Shown in pieces: positions 1-11,307 of a stretch of DNA of 64,000 bases (position 1 is its first letter; the number at the start of each line of letters is the position of its first letter). The notes under the pieces are model-generated. The model ran no database searches, was not told the origin of the DNA, and saw only the letters and a list, made by a program, of their open reading frames with translations. A program made the translations under genes and the position numbers. Origin of the DNA: Candidatus Bathyarchaeota archaeon (GTDB taxonomy: Archaea > Thermoproteota > Bathyarchaeia > 40CM-2-53-6 > CAVXDP01); NCBI GenBank assembly GCA_963760485.1, contig CAVXDP010000008.1, forward strand, positions 17,209 to 81,208. The letters are read 5' to 3'.

Positions 1-776
1 GACAAGGACGACGAGCCCAATGTTGCCCTTCTGGTAGTTCATAAGATAAGATCCCAAGTCACATATCGTATAGGCAAATTTCTCATCTGCCATTTTCAAT
101 GTGGCGGTCATGCCCGATCCTGCTTCGAAATACCATGCCTCATTTCTAAGTGTAGTAGAGCTGTACCCAGCTGTCGTCCACAGACGTTTCTCTTTTGAAT
201 GCGTGCCTGACCCGTCTCCTCGAGAAACCCATAAAGCGTATCCGGCATCGGCACGGATCTTGATTTGCCTCATGGCATCGAGTGTATTTAGTCCTTTGAT
301 TCTTGCGGGGTCATCGGCTGGACCAACTATGACGAAGAAGTTGTAGGCGACTATTTTCCTGTTTACACCATATCCATCATTAAGGAATTTGAGTTCACTA
401 GGGGGATCGTGCACGAGAATCATGTCCGCGTCACCTCTCATTGCTGTCTGTATCGCCAGGCCTGTGCCTTGCGATATGAACGAAACGTTGATGTTTGGGT
501 ATCGGCTTTCGAAAGCGGTCTTCACGACATCTAGGAAGCCGGTTTCGTAGAAGCTTGTTGTTGTAGAAACGATCAAGTTTGCGTGTGCACCAGGGCCGAT
601 GGACGTCGTTGTCCCAGAGCTAGTCATCTCGGACATGTTGGTGTTGTTGAAACGGCTATTGGTTGTGTTCCCTGACCGAGTCTAGCATAGTATGCATAGA
701 CACCTATTGCAGTGATCAGAATAATGATTACAATTGCAGCAGCCTTCATTTTCGTTGAAGAAGTCTTAGCGCTCAT
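1..776 (-). CDS. tupA: Tungstate ABC transporter substrate-binding protein (runs off the left edge; apparent frameshift near 680)
   Basis: Manual translation: N-terminal TM anchor and Ser/Thr linker, then VSTTTSFYETGFLD (TupA TTTS motif), GTGLAIQTAMRGDADMILVH, SRGDGSGTHSKEKRLW; ATG at 776. Confidence 0.85.
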
Positions 777-788
777 ATTGTTCACCGT

Positions 789-851
789 TATGTTCTTCGG
801 TATAGATCGACTTCCGTATTTAAGGGTAGTCTAATATGTAGATCGAACATA
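789..851. promoter_or_regulatory. Two putative ModE-type operators flanking a TATA-like TTTAAG in the divergent tupA/modE promoter
   Basis: TATGT-N7-TATAG (789-805) and palindromic TATGT-N7-ACATA (835-851); GTTATGTTC(787)/GAACATAAC(845) inverted pair; resembles E. coli ModE box TATAT-N7-TAYAT. Confidence 0.5.
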
Positions 852-879
852 ACCAGTTGAGCTACGGTGAGACATCTAC

Positions 880-1431
880 TTGGCGAGGAAGCTCCTTCCA
901 TCATTTAGGATCTGGCTGGGAAAAGATCATGAGTATGTTGTGGGCGAGGGGGGCGCATCTCTGCTTAGGGCAATCGAGAAATACGGTTCTATTTCCGAGG
1001 CAACCAAACGCGTGGGAATATCTTACAGGTATGCTTGGGGGCAGCTTACAGATATAGAAAAGGCGTTAGGTCAAGCTCTTCTCAAAACGACTAAGGGTGG
1101 AAAAGGTGGAGGAGGTGCAGAATTGACGGAAGCGGCTGTCGCGTTACTCGAAAACTACGAGAGAACCAAGAGATATGTTGGGAGTGTTTTGAAGGATGAA
1201 GAATACTGGGAGGCGATAGGATTGAAGTTGAGTGCAAGAAACCGGATCAAGGGAACCGTTGATAGTGTGGAGAAAGATGCAATTACGTCGAAAGTCAAGA
1301 TCAAGATTGAAGCTCCATTCACGATTACCGCGGTCATCACTAAAGAGGCCGTGGAAGACCTAAAGATAAAACCCGGAGACAAGGTTGAAGCAGTGATAAA
1401 ATCAACAGAGATCATGGTAGCAAAGGAATAG
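880..1431 (+). CDS. modE: ModE-family molybdate/tungstate-responsive regulator (wHTH + TOBE)
   Basis: GSISEATKRVGISYRYAW, GGKGGGGAELT, C-terminal SARNRIKG...AVIKS mop/TOBE domain. Confidence 0.92.
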   Translation: MARKLLPSFRIWLGKDHEYVVGEGGASLLRAIEKYGSISEATKRVGISYRYAWGQLTDIEKALGQALLKTTKGGKGGGGAELTEAAVALLENYERTKRYVGSVLKDEEYWEAIGLKLSARNRIKGTVDSVEKDAITSKVKIKIEAPFTITAVITKEAVEDLKIKPGDKVEAVIKSTEIMVAKE

Positions 1432-1694
1432 AAATAACTCACGTTGAGTCTCTGACAAATCCTAGAAATCTTGGGCGCGAGGCTCGTGCTCTCTTAGGCT
1501 CGTTTTAAGGCTGGAGGAATCTTGCCATAATCCCAACCCAAGAGCACGATCCTCTTAGTCGTGGTGAACGACTTGCCTATATGTTCAGACATACATATCG
1601 GCATTTAAGACTATCGATATCTGGAATGGTCTTTCAACTTAGATTTTGAGACTGAGGATTAGTCGAAGGCTTCACGAATCCGAGAGGCGATATG

Positions 1695-1755
1695 TTTTAT
1701 ATAGCCATGCGCCTTGATTGTGAGCCAAAACGCTAAGGACGCTTACTAAAAGGAG
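1695..1755 (+). promoter_or_regulatory. TATA box and SD of the surface-protein gene
   Basis: TTTTATATAG at 1695-1704; AGGAGA just before ATG 1764. Confidence 0.55.
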
Positions 1756-1763
1756 AATAGAAA

Positions 1764-4700
1764 ATGAGTAAGAAAATTACTGCAGCATTTCTAGTATTGC
1801 TCTTTGCACTCTCAACAGTCCTAATTGCAACTCCAGTGCAAGGCCATTTTACACTTGGGCGTCCAACAAGTACAGTGCCTTATCGCGTACGTGATTTTGA
1901 CCCGCATGTTCCAGGTCCAACAGGTTATGTTTGGCCTGGATCAGGCGTAGTGAGTCTTAAGCACCGTACCCCAATCCGGGTAGTGGCGCTCCAAGCCCAA
2001 TAACTTGGGCTCAAGGACCATACCTTCCACCTGGATATCAGTCACCATGGAGCACGAACCCTCCAGGTGCTCAAAGTAGCTGGTACCAATTGGCTGGCAA
2101 CGCTTACGCACCTTTCGGAGCGATTCTAACCAGCACTGAAGATCATGACAACGTCGGTGACCTAATCTTTGCAATCAACTTCACAGGCACCCCTCCTACT
2201 ACAGAGGACTATCTCTATCACAGCCTCACAATATACTTGCCACCTGAATTCATTCCACCTGTAGACTGGGCAGCACCAACTGGTGACACGTCAAACATCG
2301 TGACAACCATAACAAACAATTACCTTCAGATTTCAGTTTGGAAGGCTGGCGTGAAAGATCCGTTCGGACCTGGATGGTGGGTCATATACATAAACCCCTG
2401 GTTGGGCTTCAGGAGAGATGGTAGTGCTAGCAGTGGGATCAATGTACCAGCGAACTATGGAAGGAATCCACGTGGAATCCTATTTAGCAAGTCGAACAAC
2501 TATGACGAGTGGTACTATGTACGAGTCAATGCGCATGAAAGCGCCAAGGATAGCCGGACGATACCAATTCAAGATGTTCCTCAGTGACAATTTTCCAGTA
2601 ACCAATGCGGTAAATGCTGACGGAACCCTCAACCCGATAGTTAGCACAATCCCTGCTGAGAACTGGCCAGTAATGCTTGTGAAAGGCGAAGTTGACCCAG
2701 GCATTATTGAAGGTACAATTCGCTATGGTTCATGGAACCAAGCATTATACAATTTGCCAATTCAACTTCCAGGCCGTGTAAGAGCGGTTGGAGTTGCAGA
2801 TGATCCATATACAGGCGCAAGCACAGGCCGCATGGTTGAAGCTCGTGGATACTTTAACGCTACAGCGAAGGGTCATTATGAGGTTGAAGGCATCGCTCCA
2901 GGTGTCTACGACATTTATGCGAGTGCAGCCGGATACCCAGAAATGAAAGTCGCAAGTGGCGTGAAGATTATCGCAGGCAAAAGTTTCCACGCAGACTACC
3001 TACTGCAACCAGGACCAATCATTACAGGCGTACTCTACAGTAAACATAGCTTCGGTGAAGTTCCATGGCCAAGCACAAGACCAGTCACAGTTGAAATTTA
3101 CGATAGTAATGAATGGCCATCAGCGAAGCCAGGCTACGATTGGGATTCAGCTGGAATGACATGGGAAGCCCAACACCTAAAGAGTTTCTCACCAATCAAC
3201 TTGACCGACTCACCATACACAAGCTACGTAACTGGTAACGTAATCTACGATCCAGGTAAAGGCTATGCAGACCTCAAGACGAGTGCGGGTAACCTACCAA
3301 AACTAGTTGCATTTCCATGGGAAGGCCCAAAGAGTATAGATCCACCTGTGATTACGTGGATCAACGGACAACCAGTAGCAACTGAATACCAAACAGAAGT
3401 CGGGGCTGGGGATACAACTACTGACAAAGACGTCTTCGGTTTGTTCAACGGTGTCGGACCAGCACAGTACTGGTGGGTTGACAACCTAGGCGCTTACACG
3501 AATGGTGGTGGAACGAATAGTTTCCGCTATCAATTCGGAATCAAAGGCTTCTATGGTGCACCAATGGAATTTGATGGTCACGTTCCACAAGTCTATGCGA
3601 CTTGGGTTAACGGTATGACCGCAGGCCAATACTACACTCGCGGTTGGATCAACGGTTACGTCCAAACAGACGTTAGCGGCACATACGTGGATTATCCATT
3701 CACGGTTGCAGCTGATGAATGGGCAGGTGACATTAACACTCCAATGGATCTTGAAACAGCAAGCTGGATAAACAAGACCGTACACTTCCACGATTTACCA
3801 GGAACACTGCAGACAAGTCCGATTAGGGGACCAGACCCGTGGAGGTATTTGATCGCTGAAGCATACGACGCAGACAATGTACTTGTGGCAATGAACTTCA
3901 CGCAAGTTCCGGCAACCTACACTGATGCTAACATAACATTGAACGGTTTCGGGATGGCGGGACCCGTTGTCCGAAACTACGGTGAGCAGAATGATGGAAC
4001 GAGAGGCCCAGGTGTTCCAAATGGCATGAAATTCTCCATGTACAGGTACCGCAATATCCGTGACTATGGCATTATGCCAGGCACGTACAGCATTCGCGTC
4101 TACATGCGTGGTTATGTACAACAAGAATTCGAGATGGCTTCAATCAGTCTAAGCCAAAGTCCAGCTTTGATCAGCAACCACATGTACCGTGGAGCAGGAA
4201 TCAACGTAACAGTATACAGCATAGACTGGGAGCACCCGCGGACAGACAAATATTGGACATTCTCCGGTGACGACGTACGAGTGTACGTACTCAACAGTGC
4301 AGGCACTAGCATGAACTACATCAAGTACTTCTCTAATACCCAAGCCCAGCCTAGGTGGAGTACTCCAGGCCAGAAGGCAGGCGTTACAACCATTCCGTTC
4401 GCAGGTACCCCGTATACTGATGCCGGCAAAAGCAAGCTAAAGTACAACGGTTCTTGGGAAGTGGACAGCTGGGGACCAGATGCTGAAGGTTGGCTACCAG
4501 GATATTACTATGATACTGACTGGTACAAGTACCTGTACACCGGCAGTACATTCTCAACTGGTATTGCACATCACGCATGGGGATTTGACGGCACTGCTAC
4601 CAAAACAGACGCACAGACCGGAATATGGCTAGAGTTTGGTTATGACAAGTATGGATTCCTTGCAAACCCAGGCAGATATCGCAACGCAGACCGAAGCACG

Positions 4701-5811
4701 AAACTTGCTCTAGAAACCGGCACATATACACTGAAAGGATACACTCTGGGTTACGTCCAGAAGAAGGACATCACAGTCTACGCTCAGAAAGGACAACAAT
4801 CAGATACAAAGCTTAACCTAGCTCAAGGCGTCAACATAACAGTTAACATCAAATTCAAGAAAGAAGGCATTTTCAGTGAGCTACCATACAACTCATCTTT
4901 CAGAATCAGAGTGTTCGATGACAATGGGGCACTAGTAGCTACATGGTTTACAACGTCGTATGACAAATCCGGCTTCTACACGGGGGTCATACAAGACGGC
5001 ATAAAAGCGTATGGTGGTTATGGCACAGGAAAAAAGCCCTACAGTAGCAGTTTGCCAAATGCTGGCGCAGACAAGAACTGGGTCGAAGATCACACAAATG
5101 AGTTGCAGGTACTATTCGCGGGGAACTACCTATTCCAAGAAATTGACCAATATGCCACGGTTCCAAAGGACAACAGATGGAGTACGTTCTATGGCATAGA
5201 TGGATGGCCGAACTACCAAGGCAACTACCACGTTGAAGTCGATGCTGTAAACCTGTACCAGAGCACTCAATCCTTCCCAGCTCCACAAGGCCTACTAGCT
5301 CGGTGAAAGCTACCACATAATCAACGGCGTCGAAGGACCATACCAAGGCGTATGGAAATTCAACCACCTAGGCCCATGGGAGCAGAAGATGGCTATTACG
5401 GTACCCAACGCTCATCTAGGTGCTGAAGCAAGTGTCGTCTTTGAACTTGACCTACGTGGCCTAGTCTCAGGACAGATTGCAGGTTTCAGCTGGAGCGATG
5501 AACTTCGGCCAACAAGCTGGGCATCAATCACAGCAGCAGGAGCAGGCGGAACCTTCACGGTATACTCGGCAGACGGATACTATGACATGTACCTTCCAGC
5601 AGGCACCTACGAATTCACAGTCATGGAATCGCCAGGACACGCAACGAAGAGTTCAAGCATAACCGTTAGCACAGGCCAAACAGTAACAGGCTACAGCTTC
5701 TACCTAGAACGAACCAACGTGCCAATTCCAGAATTTGGACCAGTCATAGCCCTCGTAGCAGCACTCGGAGCATCACTGTACATACTACGGAGAACCAGAA
5801 AAAGAGGGTAA
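1764..5811 (+). CDS. Very large secreted cell-surface (S-layer-like) protein with carboxypeptidase-regulatory-like beta-sandwich repeats and PEF(G)-CTERM anchor; split by at least 3 frameshifts
   Basis: Signal peptide (ORF 1764-2003); contiguous ORFs 2090-2587, 2418-5306, 5389-5811; repeated 'GxYxIxAxAxGY' motifs; C-terminus VPIPEFG + TM helix + RRTRKRG; many NxS/T sequons. Confidence 0.75.
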
Positions 5812-5835
5812 AGACCCTCCTTCTTTTCCTTTTTT
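5804..5835 (+). terminator. Hairpin plus pyrimidine/oligo-T terminator
   Basis: GAGGGT-AAAG-ACCCTC followed by CTTCTTTTCCTTTTTT. Confidence 0.6.
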
Positions 5836-6059
5836 GAACGTCCTTTCTTTCACAGCGAAGGCTACCGCAAGAGGTACAAGGCTGCATACCGAGAAGACCT
5901 CAAGCGTTGGGGTGGAGAGTAGACTGAAATGCACGATTTCAAACCTTACCGCTAAGTGTTAAGACATCCCAAGTCTTAGGACATTCGGTAGCTGGAGCAA
6001 CTATTTTCATGTACTAATTCTTTTGGAGCAATATGTGAATTCTCCGGCAGTGTATCTCG

Positions 6060-6477
6060 GTTGTTTCGAGTTAACTGAACATTTGACTTCTTCGAGCCTA
6101 GACGCAAACCGAAGCCAAACACTCCGGTCAACAGTGATGTGCCCTAACCACCCAAACAGAGGCCAATATGGCACTCGACAAACGAACCGCGCATTGACAA
6201 ACAAGCCCCGACCTAACGCAGTGTGAACCGAGTTGTAAAGTTGGCCTCAGAATTCGTCCATTCACGTCTTCTGAACGAAGAGTCCTATCGGAACAAATGC
6301 AACAAGGTCATGAAAAAGAGCCCAAAAAATAGTCTGAAGCACGCCAACCTCACCTGCGAAGAGTTCCCTCCAAACCAAGTACGCAGCAATCGCGACTGAT
6401 ATCATGGCATACTCTGCTCGATACAGACGAGAGCTAGCTTCCTGACAACTCGGGCCAAACCTCTTCTTGCCCGTCAA
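6060..6477 (-). pseudogene. DUF4260-like small membrane protein, frameshifted (3' end approximate)
   Basis: ORF pieces 6262-6477 (TM helices, 'HDL') and 6007-6204 (GWLGHITVDRS, followed by a frameshifted YGLR), resembling the W..HI..DR..GYGLK motif. Confidence 0.5.
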
Positions 6478-6683
6478 CTCTCGAATTACTGCGACAGGAG
6501 CTTATTTGAAACTCCCCTGAGAAGGTTCCGATGAAGAGGTCGAAAAGGGTCAGCTCTCTTTGCTGCATCCTCCAGCCTTTGGGATTCAATGGTGAGAGGT
6601 GGAACAGAGAAATCGGCCCAGGTAGATGAAAAGGCAGGCGCTAATGTGAAATAGTACGATTCATATTCTCTCTAAGAATTCAC

Positions 6684-7810
6684 ATGAAACCGATCACGAG
6701 ATGCGACGGCCTATCGAAGAGCAGTTATGTGAGGCGCGTGCAGCTTACCGGACACGGTTCGTACATTGTTTCTTTGCCGAAAGCTTGGGTTGAGGAGGCA
6801 GGGCTGAAGAAAGGGGGTCAAGTGCAATTCAGCAGGCAGCAACAGGCAGCTTGTGCTGACTCCCTTTGACGCAGTGGTAGCTGAAGATGAAAGAATGAGT
6901 TGCTCGACAACAGTACCGCCAGACACTAAAGGCGACTCGCTGGCCCGCAAGATTATCTCCCTTTACATAGTTGGTTTCACAACGATTCAGATAGATTCAG
7001 AAACTGGAAACCTTCCTGCCTCCGTCCGAGATGTCATCAGAGAGACAGCTAGAAACAAACTCGTTGGAACTGAAGTAGTCACTGAATCGTCTCGGAGCGT
7101 CCTGCTTCAGGTATTGTTGACGTCTCCGCAGCTAATGGTGACTGACGTTTTGAGACGAATGGGTACAATTGCGATATCGATGTTGCAGGATTCGATTACG
7201 GCGTTATCGAGCTTAGACGCGGAACTAGCTAAGCAAATCGTAAAGACTGATGATGAGATCGACAGGTTCAGCATATACATAATCAGGCAATTGAAGTTAG
7301 CTGTCCAACACCCGTCCTTTCTTGAAAGGGTTGGGCTCGCCTCTTCGGTAGAATGCCTTGCTTATCGGATTCTCTTCGGTAGAATGCCTTGCTTATCGGA
7401 TTACTACAAAGAGCATCGAGCGATCAGCAGACCACGCAGCCAGAATCGCACGAAACTCCTTACTGATTCGCAAACAGCTTGACCGTAATCTTGTCGAACG
7501 TCTCAAGACACTGAGCCAACAGTCTTCTGAGATGATGGATAACGCGCTGAAAGCTCTCTTTGCTAGTGACTATCAATTGGCCGAGAATGTTCTTCAGGGT
7601 AAAGAAGGAATTTCGGCACTAGAACGCAGGTTCGTGGAACATCTGCTGAGGCAAAGACTGCCCGCAGGTGACCTGTCTGCTGTTAGGCTGATTTCTGAAA
7701 GCCTTCTAAGGATCGGAGAGTACGCCACCGATATAGCTGAGGTTGTGCTTAATCTGACGGTTAGAAAATCAGTCGAATTAAGGGTTGGACCTTCTCCAAT
7801 AGAGACCTGA
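6684..7810 (+). CDS. Archaeal phosphate-uptake regulator (AbrB/SpoVT N-terminal domain + PhoU repeats), interrupted by a frameshift near 6845 and a 31-bp duplication
   Basis: RRVQLTGHGSYIVSLPKAW; ISLYIVGF; DDEIDRF; IERSADHA; LRIGEYATDIAE across ORFs 6684-6869, 6853-7482, 7358-7810. Confidence 0.85.
7341..7402 (+). repeat. Perfect 31-bp tandem duplication inside the PhoU regulator
   Basis: CTCTTCGGTAGAATGCCTTGCTTATCGGATT at 7341-7371 and 7372-7402. Confidence 0.95.
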
Positions 7811-7814
7811 GGAT

Positions 7815-8135
7815 TCACAGAGTAGACAGCTCCATGATTCTCTCTTCTATTTCGTGCCTTATTCTTCGGATGGTCTTGCCTTTTGGCTCTTGGATGCTCT
7901 AATCGACAAGTCGCATATTGAATCGCGTAATAAGGGGCTTAGGACATGCTTCTTCAACCGAACATCCCATTGTTATTACTAGGTCAGCTTCGTCGAGCAT
8001 TTCTGTTGTAAGCTTCCTTGGCTCAGAATTAGAAATGTCGATACTCTTTTCTTGTGTGGCTTGAACGACAACGAGGTTAACAACCGAAGAAGGAATAGTG
8101 CCTGCACCAGATGCATCAAGGTCCTTCTCTTTCAT
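7815..8135 (-). pseudogene. arsC: Arsenate reductase (LMW-PTP/ArsC-type) remnant
   Basis: SGAGT..P, DIS...PRKLT, ADLVITMGC..EACP, then D*SIQEPKGK...IRHEIEERI; N-terminal CxxNxxRS loop missing; TAG at the conserved Trp position. Confidence 0.75.
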
Positions 8136-8977
8136 TCGATCCCTGTGACTCTCAACTTGGAGACAGTTCTAACAACGATGTTAAGACCAAGGACGAGGAA
8201 CAACAGGACTAAAGCAGCTCCCCATGCGAAGATGTGTGAGTTTGCATAGGGCGATGTGCCGAAGTCGTATATCAGGACGGTTAGTGAAGCGGCCGGATCA
8301 TTAAGGCTTGTCATGAGGAATTGGCTGCCCAGCGCTGTGAAAAGCAAGGGCGCAGTTTCACCCATTATACGAGCCACAGCCAGCGCGATTCCTGTGACGA
8401 CACCGTTTCTTGCACTTCTCAATGTTATGTGAAGTAATGTCTTTGACCTTGAGATCCCCAATGCCAGACCTGCTTCCTTGACCGATGAAGATACAAGTTT
8501 GAGTGATTCATGAGTTGATATCACCACAACAGGAATCATGATGATGCCTAGCGCGATTCCGCCACTCAAAGCCGAGAATCGATGTTGAGTCACTACAACA
8601 AGTTCGTAAACCACGATGCCTGTGACTATTGAAGGAACTCCTGAGAGAACCTCGGCCAGAAGCCTGATTTGGGATGCAAGTTGCCCCGTGTATTCGGCGA
8701 GATAGGCTCCTCCTAGTATCCCTAACGGTATCCCTGTTAGTGAAGCGATAGCAACCATTACGAGGCTGCCCTCCATGGCGTTGAGCATTCCGCCCCCAGC
8801 TTCTCCAATGGGGGGCGTGATCTTCGTGAAGAAATCCAGAGTTAATGCCGCATAGCCTCGAACAATGGTTTCGTATACAATCGATATGAGTGGAACCAAG
8901 GCAAGGAAGAATGACGCTGATGCGAATGCCACGTAAAGAATGTTGTTGAATTTTCGTTTCTTTTCGAGGCTTAGCAA
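8132..8977 (-). CDS. pstA: Phosphate ABC transporter permease PstA
   Basis: GVPSIVTG, EAGLALG, ARIMGETAPLLFT motifs. Confidence 0.95.
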   Translation of the reverse strand: MLSLEKKRKFNNILYVAFASASFFLALVPLISIVYETIVRGYAALTLDFFTKITPPIGEAGGGMLNAMEGSLVMVAIASLTGIPLGILGGAYLAEYTGQLASQIRLLAEVLSGVPSIVTGIVVYELVVVTQHRFSALSGGIALGIIMIPVVVISTHESLKLVSSSVKEAGLALGISRSKTLLHITLRSARNGVVTGIALAVARIMGETAPLLFTALGSQFLMTSLNDPAASLTVLIYDFGTSPYANSHIFAWGAALVLLFLVLGLNIVVRTVSKLRVTGIE

Positions 8978-8988
8978 GAGTCATGCCT

Positions 8989-9960
8989 CTAGGTCTTGAA
9001 GCTTAGTCTCCTGATTATGGTTCGACCTGCGAAGTTCATGAGGAAAGCTATTGCGAAAAGAATCAACCCTAATTCGAAAAGTGAGGCCAAATAGATGTCA
9101 TTTCCTGCAACTTCGGTGAACTCGTTGGCAATGATGCTGGGAATTGTATACGCTGGCAGGAAGAGGGATGGCGATATTCTGGAAACGTTGCCGATAACCA
9201 TTGTGACTGCCATCGTCTCACCGATGGCTCGTCCCATTGCGAGCACTATAGCGGCCATGATTCCTGTTCGTGCAAACGGTAGCACACTGGTTCGAATGGT
9301 CTCCCAGTTTGTTGCGCCGAGGGCAAGTGAAGCTTCTCTTTGGCTGCGAGGCACCGCAGATATGACCTCGCGCATGACCGATGATCCGTAAGGGATTATC
9401 ATTATTGCAAGAATTGTCCCTGCTGTGAGCATGCCGAGACCATTGGTTGGTCCTGTGAAGAGTGGAAAAAAGCCAAGTCTAGTTGCCAGTTGGGCGTCGA
9501 TATAGTCACGCATGAATGGCACAAGTACCAACAGACCCCACAGCCCATATACCACACTGGGCACCGCTGCCAACATCTCCACGAGGAAGGCAGATGGAAC
9601 CCGCAACCCCCGAGGGGCGAGTTCGGACTGGAATAGGGCTACACCGAGACTGACTGGGACTGCGAAGATAAGTGCAATGACAGTTGTCACGATTGACCCG
9701 TAGATTGCAGGTAGAGCACCAAGTGATGGAGGTCCTCCACCGGGAGGATTGGGTGTCCAATCTGTTCCGAATATGAATTGTAATCCAAAGGCTCGAATGG
9801 CATCCAAGCTTCCGTGTGTGAGTGCATAAATCAGAAGTATTGTCAGGATAGGGACTACAAATGCTGCCGCCATAACAAGTAGATGAAAAGAATCAGGGAA
9901 ACGAGTACTATACTTGGAACGATGTTTGGTTTGCGTTGTTGCCAAAGCAATCGCCGGCAA
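8989..9960 (-). CDS. pstC: Phosphate ABC transporter permease PstC
   Basis: LAAVPSVVYGLWG, EASLALGAT, GRAIGETMAV motifs. Confidence 0.95.
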   Translation of the reverse strand: MPAIALATTQTKHRSKYSTRFPDSFHLLVMAAAFVVPILTILLIYALTHGSLDAIRAFGLQFIFGTDWTPNPPGGGPPSLGALPAIYGSIVTTVIALIFAVPVSLGVALFQSELAPRGLRVPSAFLVEMLAAVPSVVYGLWGLLVLVPFMRDYIDAQLATRLGFFPLFTGPTNGLGMLTAGTILAIMIIPYGSSVMREVISAVPRSQREASLALGATNWETIRTSVLPFARTGIMAAIVLAMGRAIGETMAVTMVIGNVSRISPSLFLPAYTIPSIIANEFTEVAGNDIYLASLFELGLILFAIAFLMNFAGRTIIRRLSFKT

Positions 9961-9961
9961 C

Positions 9962-11158
9962 CTACGCTGTTATCAACTGTTCACCATTGAAGGTCAGTGA
10001 AAGTAGTAGTTTTTCGTCAGCTGCAACTACATTTGCCGGCAGAGGAACGTAGATTAGATGAGGCGCATACAGTTGGCCGTCGTGTGCTGTCCACCAGAGG
10101 AATTTTGCCAGAGCTTGCGCTTTGACTTTGGTCATGCTTGGATGAACAGACATCTCCCGGTAGAACAGCAGATAGGTGTAGGTCGCGATTGGGTACGACT
10201 GGGCGCCTTGTGCGTTGACGATGTGCAAGCGAAGATCGCTTGGATTAGGGGTTCCTGTGGCATTGCCAGCGGCATATAGGATAGTCTGCAATGTTGGGAG
10301 AACGAAGTTGCCCGCAGCATTTTTTATCGCTCCAATACCCAAGTGGCTGCTCACCGCGTAAATGACATCAACATATCCTATCGCCCCGGGAGTGTTCACC
10401 ACGGTTCCTGCAACCCCTGCGTTACCCTTGGCGCCGACGCCAAACGCCGCCTTGTCAACGGGCCATTTGACTGAGGTACTTGTGCCAACGGCCGATTTCC
10501 ACTCTCCATTTACTGTTGAAAGATAGTCTGTAAAGGCATAGGTGGTCCCGCTGCCGTCAGATCTGTGAACAGCACTGATTGCTGCGTCAGGTAAACGAAG
10601 ACCTGGATTAATAGCTTGGATCGCAGCATCGTTCCACTTGGTGATGCGCCCCAAGTATATTTCAGCCAGGATGTCTGGTGTGAAATTGACGGTAGTGCTG
10701 TTCGAAATTCCGTAGGACTGAAGATTGTAAGTTATTGCTACGCCTCCTAGCGTCTCAGGCATCAAGACAAGACCTGTAGTGTTGGCTAGCTGAGAGTCGG
10801 ATAGTGGTGCGTCCGATGCTCCGAAGTCGACTGTTTTCAGCGTTATTTGCTGGATTCCTCCTCCGCTTCCAATAGGATTGTAATTTATTGTAACGGATGG
10901 GTATAGTTTATTGTACTCCACGGTCCACTTTTGAATGAGTGGTGCTGGGAAGGTTGCACCCGCGCCCAGCAATGATACAGTCTGAGGCTGCGGATACAAC
11001 GTTGATTGAGTCATCGTGTTGGTCTCTGATTGGGTCATAGTGCTCGTCTGAGTGTATAGGTTCTGGTAAGCGAATGCGCCAGCCAGTATTACAATTATGA
11101 CAACAGCAACTACTATCACAAGTCGCGTTGCGTTTCGTTTTGGTTTTTGGTTCGACAT
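9962..11158 (-). CDS. pstS: Phosphate ABC transporter substrate-binding protein PstS (membrane-anchored)
   Basis: GAGATFPAP, IGSGGGI, DFGASDAP, HRSDGSGTT; likely start MSNQKPK at 11158 (ORF extends to 11230). Confidence 0.95.
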   Translation of the reverse strand: MSNQKPKRNATRLVIVVAVVIIVILAGAFAYQNLYTQTSTMTQSETNTMTQSTLYPQPQTVSLLGAGATFPAPLIQKWTVEYNKLYPSVTINYNPIGSGGGIQQITLKTVDFGASDAPLSDSQLANTTGLVLMPETLGGVAITYNLQSYGISNSTTVNFTPDILAEIYLGRITKWNDAAIQAINPGLRLPDAAISAVHRSDGSGTTYAFTDYLSTVNGEWKSAVGTSTSVKWPVDKAAFGVGAKGNAGVAGTVVNTPGAIGYVDVIYAVSSHLGIGAIKNAAGNFVLPTLQTILYAAGNATGTPNPSDLRLHIVNAQGAQSYPIATYTYLLFYREMSVHPSMTKVKAQALAKFLWWTAHDGQLYAPHLIYVPLPANVVAADEKLLLSLTFNGEQLITA

Positions 11159-11307
11159 ATTTGTCGTCTCGTCAACGACTTCGCTAAATGCAGTATTTGA
11201 TGGAATCTCACACAATCTATGTGGTGTCACATGCCTCTATATGATTCACATCACGCAACCTAAACTAGGATGAGACGATTTTCCAGTGTGAGAGAGGCAG
11301 CAGACTC

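Noticed and set aside
1469..1548. Short inverted repeats downstream of modE (CGTGCTCT/AGAGCACG; TCTTGGG/CCCAAGA)
   Set aside because: 7-8 bp stems with long loops and a single occurrence; could be chance.
7899..7901. TAG as a pyrrolysine or readthrough codon in arsC
   Set aside because: It lies at a conserved Trp (TGG>TAG), the gene also lacks its active site, and no pyl genes were seen.
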